DNA from: Pseudomonadota bacterium
Lineage (GTDB): Bacteria; Pseudomonadota; Alphaproteobacteria; Rhodobacterales; Rhodobacteraceae
DNA: 64,000 bases
Reading direction: 5' to 3'
NCBI GenBank assembly: GCA_038532435.1
Contig: JBCBAP010000002.1
Span: 66,327-130,326, forward strand
Shown: piece after piece, positions 45,075-53,000 of the stretch
How the letters are laid out: the number at the start of each line of letters is the position of its first letter
Position numbering within the stretch: position 1 is the stretch's first letter
The notes under the pieces: model-generated
Told to the model about the DNA's origin: nothing
The model's database searches: none
The model's input: the letters and a program-made list of their open reading frames with translations, nothing else
Translations under genes and position numbers: made by a program

Positions 45075-45899
45075 TTAACCCTCGATCGGGATCCAGATTT
45101 CGACGAGCCCTTCGCCGGTTACCGGGTCGAAACGGGCGTCATAAACCTCGAAATCGGGACCCGGTCTGTGGGTGAACCCGGCCTCCGAAAGACCCGTCGA
45201 CCAGACCGCGGTTACCGTGTCGCGCAGGTCGCTGATGTGCCCGTCATGGGTGAAGACGGCATAGGTTTGCGCCGGGACCCGGGCGAGAGCAGCCTCGGGA
45301 GGCAGGTCCGCATCACCGGGCACCTCCACCCCGGCAAGATAGGTGAAACCGTCATCGTCCCCGTCATACATGACACCATAGGCAGTCGGCGCGACGGGCT
45401 TGGGCATGTAAGGTTCGATCTCCTCGAACCGCGTCCAGAGTGCCGGGATCGCGAGGGTTTCCGCGAATGTGTAGCGTTTCGCGGCACCAGCGACACGGAA
45501 GGCGGGGCGCATGGCGCGGCGGGGCGGGATCAGAACGGCGGCGTCTTTCATCACAATGGTCTCCACAAGGTCGAGGGTTGCAAGCCGGTCAGCGCTCCGC
45601 GCGTCGCGCGGGGGGATGCCGAACCGGTCGGTGAATGCACGGGTGAAGGCCTCATGGGTCGTGTAGCCGACGTCGAACGCCGCCTCGAGGATCGGGGAGC
45701 CTGCCGCGATCAGCTTCGCGGCCTCCGTTAGCCGTCTGGCGCGCAGATACCGCATGACCGGCCAGCCCGTCCGCATCGGAAAGGCGCGCGCGAGTTGGTA
45801 GGGCGACATGCCCACCTCCGCCGCGAGACCGCCCAGCGTCAGAGGGTCGGCGATCCGGTGTTCGATCTTCCACAACGTTCGTTTGACGGCGTCGGTCAT
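45075..45899 (-). CDS. AraC-family regulator with GyrI-like effector-binding domain
   Basis: N-terminal AraC helix-turn-helix (GYTTHEAFTRAFTDRFG) and a C-terminal GyrI/Rob-like half. Confidence 0.8.
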   Translation of the reverse strand: MTDAVKRTLWKIEHRIADPLTLGGLAAEVGMSPYQLARAFPMRTGWPVMRYLRARRLTEAAKLIAAGSPILEAAFDVGYTTHEAFTRAFTDRFGIPPRDARSADRLATLDLVETIVMKDAAVLIPPRRAMRPAFRVAGAAKRYTFAETLAIPALWTRFEEIEPYMPKPVAPTAYGVMYDGDDDGFTYLAGVEVPGDADLPPEAALARVPAQTYAVFTHDGHISDLRDTVTAVWSTGLSEAGFTHRPGPDFEVYDARFDPVTGEGLVEIWIPIEG

Positions 45900-46096
45900 C
45901 AGCTCCTCCCGTGCATGGACAGGTTAGACGGCTGCGTTTTCGGCCGCTTGACCGGTCTTGCGGCTCGCCTGTGAGCGGAATACCGCTCGCGCATACCGGG
46001 TAGTTGGTATTTGCATGGCGAAATTGCGGCGCTAGTTTGCCCTTCGTTAATCGATCCGCCCGCCTGGGACACGGCGGGCCCGACTGGGAGGACACA

Positions 46097-47182
46097 ATGG
46101 ATCGTCGTTCGTTTCTGAAAAAATCTGCTCTGGGCGGTACTGCAACCGTCGCTGGCGCATCTCTCGCCGCTCCGGCCATCGCGCAGGGCCGCAGGACCCT
46201 TACGCTGGTGACCACATGGGGACGTGGCCTGGCAGGTGTGCACGACAGCGCGCAGTACTGCGCGGACATGATCACCGCGGCCACTGATGGTGAGCTGACG
46301 GTCGAGCTGAAAGCGGCGGGTGAACTCGTCGGTGCCTTTGAAAGCTTTGACGCCGTCGCCTCCGGCCAGGCCGACATGTACCACGGTGCGGACTATTACT
46401 GGGTCGGTCAGGACCCGACCTGGGCCTTCTTCACCGCCGTGCCGTTCGGCATGACCGCACAGGAGATCATGAACTGGTACCACTGGATGGGTGGACAGGC
46501 GCTTCATGACGAGCTTGGTGAGATCTTCAACATCAAGCCGTTCCTCGCGGGCAACACCGGCGCGCAGGCCGGCGGCTGGTATTCCAAGGAGATCACCGGT
46601 CCGGAGGACTTCAACGGTCTGAAGTTCCGCATGCCCGGCCTCGGCGGTCAGGCACTTGGCAAGCTCGGTGCTTCCGTGCAGAACCTGCCGGGCTCCGAAG
46701 TGTACCAGGCGCTCGCCTCCGGTGCGATCGACGGCACCGAGTGGATCGGCCCCTGGGCTGACGAGAAGGCAGGCTTCCAGGAGATCACGAAGACCTACTA
46801 CACCTCCGGCTTCCACGAGCCGGGTGCGGCGCTCACCCTTGGCACCAACCTCGACGTGTGGAACTCGCTCTCCGATGCGCACAAGACCGTTATCGAGAAC
46901 GTGGCGGCAGCGTCCCACTCCGTGACGCTCGCCCAGTTCATGGCGAACAACGGTGCGGCGCTGGAGCGTCTGCAGGCCGGTGGCGTGACCGTTCTGGAGT
47001 TCCCGGACACGGTCTGGGATGCCTTCGGCACCGCCTCCATGGAAGTGCTCAACGGCAACATGGACAACGAGATGTTCAAGAAGGTCAGCGACAGCGTCAT
47101 GGATTCCATGCGCAAGTCCTCTGCCTGGATTGCTCAGTCCTCCGGCGTTTACACCCGCCAGCGCGACCGCGTCCTGGGCTGA
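46097..47182 (+). CDS. TRAP transporter substrate-binding protein (COG4663-type)
   Basis: ATG at 46097 after GGGAGGA, with Tat signal MDRRSFLKKSALGG...AQG. The listed extension from 46004 is rejected. Confidence 0.85.
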   Translation: MDRRSFLKKSALGGTATVAGASLAAPAIAQGRRTLTLVTTWGRGLAGVHDSAQYCADMITAATDGELTVELKAAGELVGAFESFDAVASGQADMYHGADYYWVGQDPTWAFFTAVPFGMTAQEIMNWYHWMGGQALHDELGEIFNIKPFLAGNTGAQAGGWYSKEITGPEDFNGLKFRMPGLGGQALGKLGASVQNLPGSEVYQALASGAIDGTEWIGPWADEKAGFQEITKTYYTSGFHEPGAALTLGTNLDVWNSLSDAHKTVIENVAAASHSVTLAQFMANNGAALERLQAGGVTVLEFPDTVWDAFGTASMEVLNGNMDNEMFKKVSDSVMDSMRKSSAWIAQSSGVYTRQRDRVLG

Positions 47183-47223
47183 TTGCCGCGACGCCCCCCG
47201 CGCGGGGCACGCTCGAAAAACCG

Positions 47224-47247
47224 CCGCCGGGATCACGGTCCCGGCGG
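47224..47247 (+). other. Intercistronic 9-bp hairpin CCGCCGGGA-tcacgg-TCCCGGCGG
   Basis: It sits between the substrate-binding protein gene and the small permease gene. No T-run follows. Confidence 0.45.
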
Positions 47248-47282
47248 CACATACCTTACTGATCTGACGGGAGAAGATCGGG

Positions 47283-48179
47283 ATGCTCGACGCGCTGGCC
47301 TGGTTCTTCGGCAACCTCTTTGGCGGCATCATGAACCTGTTTCGCGCCATCGGCGACCCGCTCGCCTGGCTGAACTGGTCCGATCCACAAGCCCTCATCC
47401 GCTTCATCTACTATGGCGGATCGACGGAATTTTTCTTCGTCCTGCTCGATCTTTTCCTGATCGTCCTGATTGTTGGCCTGATCCGCCGACAGTTCCTCTG
47501 GGGCGTGGTCCGCGGCATCGAGTTTACGCACAACCTGCTCGGCCGTTTTTTCGCCTGGGCCGGGCTGATCATGGTGCTTCAGCAGGTCGTGATCGTCTTT
47601 CTACAGCGGATCTTTCGGGTGTCGGAGATCTCGATCGGCCCCTTCGGCTACATCTTCACCCGTGATCTGAGCTGGTATGCCGAGGAGCTCAAGCTCTACA
47701 ACGCCATGATCGTGGCACTCTGCTGCGCCTACACGTTCGTGCAAGGCGGGCATGTGCGGGTCGATCTCGTCTACGCGGGCGTCAGCCGCCGGACCAAGAA
47801 TCTGATCGACATGGCGGGATCCCTGCTCTTCATCCTGCCGACCATGACGCTCATCTGGATGTTCGGCTGGTTCTTCCTTTGGCGCCATCTCGTCACGCCG
47901 AAGGTTTCCGCCTCTGACCGTCTGGAGCTGCTGGAGCGCAAGGCGCGGCTGCTTAAATGGAACGTGGAGACCATCGGGTTCAGTCCCAACGGTTTCGACG
48001 GCTACTTCCTCTTCAAGATCCTGCTCGTCGCCTTCGCCGGAACCATGTTCCTGCAGGGCGTGGCATTCTTCTACCGCAACCTCCTTGAATACATCGAGGG
48101 GGATGAGAGCGCGGGCAAGTACCACGACAAAGACGACCTCGGCGATGACCTCGCCGACAAGGTCGCAGAAATCCACTAA
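47283..48179 (+). CDS. TRAP transporter small permease (DctQ-like, COG4665-type), extended
   Basis: 298 aa with multiple TM helices and an acidic C-terminal tail. Confidence 0.8.
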   Translation: MLDALAWFFGNLFGGIMNLFRAIGDPLAWLNWSDPQALIRFIYYGGSTEFFFVLLDLFLIVLIVGLIRRQFLWGVVRGIEFTHNLLGRFFAWAGLIMVLQQVVIVFLQRIFRVSEISIGPFGYIFTRDLSWYAEELKLYNAMIVALCCAYTFVQGGHVRVDLVYAGVSRRTKNLIDMAGSLLFILPTMTLIWMFGWFFLWRHLVTPKVSASDRLELLERKARLLKWNVETIGFSPNGFDGYFLFKILLVAFAGTMFLQGVAFFYRNLLEYIEGDESAGKYHDKDDLGDDLADKVAEIH

Positions 48180-48190
48180 GGGGCAGGCTT

Positions 48191-50545
48191 ATGCTTTTCG
48201 GTTTGGACGGGATCGAGATCGGTCTGATCATCACTTTCGCCTGCCTGTTCGGTGCGATCATGTCCGGCTTCCCGGTCGCCTTCGCCATCGGCGGGGCAGG
48301 GGTGCTGACCTTCGGGATCATCGCCGCACTCGACGGCTCCGGCCTGCTGATCCATCAGGCCATCGACACAAGGTCGGATGCCTACCGGGGGCTCGTCGAT
48401 GCGGGCATCCCGCGGGACGCGATCAGTAAATTCAGATTCCCGGAACTGCCGGTCTACGAAACACCTCTGTTCCCGCAGGGCTGGGAAACCGCGCTCGACC
48501 GCAACCTGAGCTTTGTCGTCAACCGGATGAATGAACGGGTTTTCGCCGGTCAGTCCATCGAGACCCTTCTGGCGGTTCTGATGTTCGTGCTCATGGGCAT
48601 CACGCTTGAGCGGTCGAAGATCGCGAACGACCTGCTCACCACCATGGCCCGCGTCTTCGGCCCGCTTCCGGGCGGGCTTGCGGTTTCAATCGTTGTTGTT
48701 GGTGCGTTCCTTGCGGCCTCCACCGGCATCGTCGGGGCGACCGTTGTCACCATGGGCCTGCTCGCCCTGCCGACCATGCTGCGCAACAACTACTCGCCGG
48801 AGCTGTCAACCGGCGTGATTGCGGCTTCGGGTACGCTCGGTCAGATCATCCCGCCCTCTATCGTGATCGTCCTGCTCGGGACGCTCGCCGGGGATCTCTA
48901 TGCGACGGCGCAGGAGGAACGGGCGCAGAATTTCGGCTGTTCGGACGCGCTCACCTATCTGGGTGAGGCGGCGGTGCTGTCCGTGGGCACGCTCTTTCAG
49001 GCTGCGATCCTGCCCGGTCTCTTCCTCGCGGCGCTCTACGGCGCCTACGCCTTCGGCTTTGCGCTCGTGTTTCCACACCGCGCGCCGCCGGTGCTGGGCA
49101 ATGGTGGGGCCACCACGGCGCTCAAGGGGCCGAACCATGGGCTGATCTGGTACCTCATCGTTCCTGTCCTCATCATCGGCGTGACCATCGGTGCCCTTTC
49201 GACCGGCGTTGCGGGATCTCAGAACACGTTCGTCTCCTCGGTGTCCACGCAAGCCGAGCAGGCGGAGCTGCGGACCAACGTGTCGGACACCTGCCGTGCG
49301 GCGATGATCAATCGCCACGGGCAGGAGAAGTGGGATCGAGCCGTCGCCCAACAGGAGGAACTCGACGCCAACGGCGGCGTTCAGGGACAGGAGACCCGCA
49401 CGGCGGAGCAGATCGAGGCGCTGCGCGCGGTTCTTGTGGCCCAGGCCGCACCTCTATCCTCCGCCATGCTGCCCTTCTGGGTGCTGACCGCGCTGATGCT
49501 GGCACTCGCCTACGGGGTACAGCCCCAGGGCGCGCAGAAGCTTGTCGTGGGTGTCGGGGGGGTCGCGCTGGCCTTGCTGACAGACATCTTCCTGATCTCG
49601 CCGCTCACCTCGCCTGGCCTTTCGATCATGCTGCTGATCCCGGCGATCCTCATGATCCTCTATTCCGCACGCACGGCGGTGACCCTGTTGGGCCAGAACG
49701 AGCTTCTCAAGGTTGTCTTCCCGCCCCTCGTGCTGATCGTCGCGGTGCTCGGCTCGATCCTCGGTGGGGTCACGAACCCGACGCCTGCCGCAGCACTCGG
49801 GGCTGCCGGTGCGATCATGCTCGCCGCCTACCGCAAGCTCGATGAAATCGAGGGTGCGTCGGGCAAGCCGATCATCATCGCCGCGTTCGCCATGGTCATC
49901 ATGCTGCTTCTGGGCGTGAACTTTGATCTAAGGGCGAACATCGAGGTCGTCACGTTCGAGAACGGCGTTGCGATTGCCGTCGCCATGCTCTGCTATCACA
50001 TCGCGATGATTGGGCTGCTTTACGGCTGCTGGGTCCTGTTCCGGGAACGGGTGCTCAGTCCTGTGGTGCGAGAGACGGCGAAGGTCACGTCCATGGTCTT
50101 CGCCATCCTGATCGGATCACAGGTACTCAACCTCGTCGTGATCTCCTACGGTGGCGAGCACTACATCCAGCAGTTCCTCAAGAGCTTCGACAACGAATTC
50201 CAGGTCTTCCTGATCGTGATGCTGGTGCTTTTCATCCTCGGCTTCGTGCTCGACTTCCTCGAGATCATCTACATCGTCATCCCGATCGTGGGGCCGGTGA
50301 TCTATGGCGGCACGATGGATCCGAAGTGGGTGACGATCATGATCGCGGTGAACCTGCAGACGAGCTTCCTGACGCCGCCCTTCGGCTTTGCGCTGTTCTA
50401 TCTGCGCGGAGTTGCGCCGCCGGAGGTCACGACCGGCCACATCTACCGCGGCGTGGCCCCGTTCGTCCTGATCCAGGTGGTCGGCCTCGCGCTGCTGTGG
50501 CTCTTCCCCGGCATCGTGACGATCGTCCCCGATCTTCTCGGCTGA
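48191..50545 (+). CDS. TRAP transporter large permease (DctM-like, COG4664-type), extended
   Basis: 784 aa and highly hydrophobic, with a roughly 77-aa hydrophilic Gln/Glu/Ala-rich insert (about nt 49214-49444). Confidence 0.85.
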   Translation: MLFGLDGIEIGLIITFACLFGAIMSGFPVAFAIGGAGVLTFGIIAALDGSGLLIHQAIDTRSDAYRGLVDAGIPRDAISKFRFPELPVYETPLFPQGWETALDRNLSFVVNRMNERVFAGQSIETLLAVLMFVLMGITLERSKIANDLLTTMARVFGPLPGGLAVSIVVVGAFLAASTGIVGATVVTMGLLALPTMLRNNYSPELSTGVIAASGTLGQIIPPSIVIVLLGTLAGDLYATAQEERAQNFGCSDALTYLGEAAVLSVGTLFQAAILPGLFLAALYGAYAFGFALVFPHRAPPVLGNGGATTALKGPNHGLIWYLIVPVLIIGVTIGALSTGVAGSQNTFVSSVSTQAEQAELRTNVSDTCRAAMINRHGQEKWDRAVAQQEELDANGGVQGQETRTAEQIEALRAVLVAQAAPLSSAMLPFWVLTALMLALAYGVQPQGAQKLVVGVGGVALALLTDIFLISPLTSPGLSIMLLIPAILMILYSARTAVTLLGQNELLKVVFPPLVLIVAVLGSILGGVTNPTPAAALGAAGAIMLAAYRKLDEIEGASGKPIIIAAFAMVIMLLLGVNFDLRANIEVVTFENGVAIAVAMLCYHIAMIGLLYGCWVLFRERVLSPVVRETAKVTSMVFAILIGSQVLNLVVISYGGEHYIQQFLKSFDNEFQVFLIVMLVLFILGFVLDFLEIIYIVIPIVGPVIYGGTMDPKWVTIMIAVNLQTSFLTPPFGFALFYLRGVAPPEVTTGHIYRGVAPFVLIQVVGLALLWLFPGIVTIVPDLLG

Positions 50546-51030
50546 CGGATGGGTCCGGAGGCCTAGCGCGCTGATCGTAAAGGTACGCTGGACCTCCCAT
50601 ACGGCGCGCACCTAAGCCGGACGCATCATCGCCACCGCAGGTCCGCCCATATGGACTGGCGATCTGCTTCCGTCGAGGACTCCTCTTCTAGCTTGGAAGG
50701 CATGACGGCTAGAGTGCGTTGATCATCTGGTGGACCACTACTTACCGACTATCTCCGCCGCCCAATTTTCGCGCCGCGTCCCGCGAAGCGAGACGGGGAA
50801 GCACGTGGCAGATGTCGCACCATTCGTCGTCCGCACCATCGGGCTGGTGATCGGTTTGGGCCGGGTTTCCCGGTCACTAGGTTCGCTGGTTTGATGCACA
50901 TAGAGTTTCAATCAGCAGCTGCATCGTCATCCCATTGACCGCCGATGGTGCTCTTGCCATTCGTCGGAGCCAGACCTAACCGCAGGCGCAATCCATGCGA
51001 GGCGCCGCAGCCCCCGGACCCGCAGACCCG

Positions 51031-51852
51031 CTACCGCTTTCCGCGCGTCCGGGGCAGGTGGATCGCGGCGACCTGGTCATCGATCGGGTCGGCGTTGAGC
51101 GGGTTGCGGTCCGTCACCACTTTCTCGGGATCTACCAGATCCTGCCATACCCCGCCCCGATAGATCTCCAGCGGTCGAAAGTTGCACTTGTAGTGCATCT
51201 TCGGGCTCCCGGGCACCCAGTAACCCAGATAGACATAGTCGAGCCCTGCCTCCCGCGCGATCTCCACATGATCGAGGATGAGGTAGGTGCCGAGGGACCG
51301 TGCAGCCTCCGCCGGGTCGAAGAAGCTGTAGACCATGGAGAGCCCGTCCTTCAGCACGTCCGTCAGGCAGACGGCGGTCAGGTTGCGAGGGGCATCCTCG
51401 CGCCGGTACTCGATGACCCGGCTGCGCACCGGCGTCTCCTCGACCATGGCGGCGAACTCGAACATGTCCATGTCCGCCATGCCCCCGTCCGCGTGACGGG
51501 TGTCGAGGTAGCGGGCGAAGAGGTCGTATTGCTCTTCGGTTGCCCAGGGACTCGTCCCCTCGCGCACCAGATCAGCATTGCGCTTGCTCACCCGGCGTTG
51601 GGAGCGGGTGGGGGCGAAGTCGCGAACCCTGATCCGGGCGGACAAGCAGGCAGCGCAGTCCGCGCACGACGGGCGGTAAAGCACGTTCTGGGACCGGCGG
51701 AACCCCTGCTGGGACAGCGCGTCGTTCAGATCCTGGCTGTCCGCCCCCTGCAGGGCTGTGAACAGCTTCCGTTCAACCCGGTTGGGCAGATACGGGCAGG
51801 TCTGCGGTGCAGTCACGTAGAACTGCGGCATATCCGGAGTCAGGTGGCGCAT
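51031..51852 (-). CDS. bpt: Arginyltransferase / Asp-Glu leucyltransferase (Bpt, ATE family)
   Basis: 273 aa with CPYLP, FRRSQN and CxxC (CADCAAC) motifs. The C-terminal half is acetyltransferase-like. Confidence 0.85.
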   Translation of the reverse strand: MRHLTPDMPQFYVTAPQTCPYLPNRVERKLFTALQGADSQDLNDALSQQGFRRSQNVLYRPSCADCAACLSARIRVRDFAPTRSQRRVSKRNADLVREGTSPWATEEQYDLFARYLDTRHADGGMADMDMFEFAAMVEETPVRSRVIEYRREDAPRNLTAVCLTDVLKDGLSMVYSFFDPAEAARSLGTYLILDHVEIAREAGLDYVYLGYWVPGSPKMHYKCNFRPLEIYRGGVWQDLVDPEKVVTDRNPLNADPIDDQVAAIHLPRTRGKR

Positions 51853-51926
51853 CGGGTCCCATCATAGACACAGCAAAGGTTGCCAAGCTCTCACTCGGCA
51901 ACCTACCGCCTAACCTAGCACGCCTG

Positions 51927-52403
51927 TCAATCGATAGGGGTGTTAATTGCTGTGCTTCCCAGCAGCAAATCGTGCAGTGCCTGGCCCTGACGGGTGCCGA
52001 CCATCAGAATGATCGAGATGATCTGGGCGATTACGATGGTGGTCGCGATCATGTAGGCCGTCGTGTGCACGATCGCCTGTCCGCCGGTGAAGCGGTCGCC
52101 GCGCCCGTCGCGGAACTCGATTCCCATCAGCCGCATACCCGGCGTGGCGGAGGCGGCACTGATCGTACCGACACGGTAGAGCCAGCTTATGACCACGATG
52201 GTCACGGGCCAGACCCAGAACGCCAGCGTCAGGGTAAGCAGGCCCACCACCGCGCTCAGCAGCACCACCGCGACCGCGTCGATGAACCAGGCGATGAGCC
52301 GCTTGACCGCCACACCATCGTAGAACTGCGGCTGGCGGTGGGGGTCCGGCAGGGAGTGATACGGATCGGGAGTGTAGGGGGAGGCTGTCATCGGTCCAAA
52401 CAT
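51927..52403 (-). CDS. RDD family membrane protein
   Basis: 158 aa with KRLIAWFIDAV plus 3 TM segments. Confidence 0.7.
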   Translation of the reverse strand: MFGPMTASPYTPDPYHSLPDPHRQPQFYDGVAVKRLIAWFIDAVAVVLLSAVVGLLTLTLAFWVWPVTIVVISWLYRVGTISAASATPGMRLMGIEFRDGRGDRFTGGQAIVHTTAYMIATTIVIAQIISIILMVGTRQGQALHDLLLGSTAINTPID

Positions 52404-52459
52404 GTCTGGGGGAGGGGAGACTGCCCCGCAGGAGCGCGGGGCAGGGAGGGCGTCAGGGA

Positions 52460-52849
52460 TCAGGCGGGCTGGGCGTCGTCCACCGGACCCTGCGGGTTGC
52501 TGCGACGGTCGGCCATGAACTGGTCGAATTCGGCCCGATCCTTAGCGGCCTTCAGCCGGTCGAGGAAGCCCTTGAAGGCGTCCTGTTCGTCCTCCAGCCG
52601 CTTCAGCGTCTCTTCGCGATAGGAATCGAACGCGGAGTTGCCGGTCGGGGTGAAGCTGGACTTACGGCTCCAGCGTTTGTGGGATTTGTTGCAGCTCATG
52701 CGATTGCTCCAGATCATGTAGAAGAGAAGGGCGAGACCGATCGGCCAGAAGAAGATGAAGCCCAGCACCATCGCGGCGATCCAGGCTCCCTTGCCCTTCG
52801 AGTCCAACCATGCCTCGGCGGAATTCAGGTAGTGGGCGGGGGATTTCAT
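52460..52849 (-). CDS. DUF2852 domain-containing membrane protein
   Basis: ATG at 52849 after GAGAGGA. One TM helix (AWIAAMVLGFIFFWPIGLALLFYMIW) precedes a charged helical tail. Confidence 0.65.
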   Translation of the reverse strand: MKSPAHYLNSAEAWLDSKGKGAWIAAMVLGFIFFWPIGLALLFYMIWSNRMSCNKSHKRWSRKSSFTPTGNSAFDSYREETLKRLEDEQDAFKGFLDRLKAAKDRAEFDQFMADRRSNPQGPVDDAQPA

Positions 52850-53000
52850 CGGTGTCCTCTCAATGTAAATGTTATTCACATTCACATATCTGGGAAGTGA
52901 ACAGCCGGATTCAATAGCCATTTGTCAAAAAAGCGACATGGTCCGTCCACGTGTTGCCCCCGCACCGTAAAGGTTTCGGTAACTGCGCGTTGTTATCCCG

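Noticed and set aside
44160-45731. 523-aa plus-strand ORF across the histidine kinase and AraC genes
   Set aside because: It is a shadow ORF spanning two real minus-strand genes and their spacer, with low-complexity Arg/Gly/Asp-rich translation.
45899-47407. 502-aa minus-strand ORF opposite the TRAP substrate-binding protein gene
   Set aside because: The plus-strand gene has a Tat signal, an SD and family-typical sequence. The minus-strand frame has none of these.
50546-51030. tmRNA, RNase P RNA, SRP RNA or 6S RNA in the region without supportable coding sequence
   Set aside because: I found no tag-peptide frame (ANDN...), no GGAAAGTCCGG-type CR-I box, no SRP domain IV-like motif and no tRNA-like 3' end. 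It is retained only as an unexplained region.
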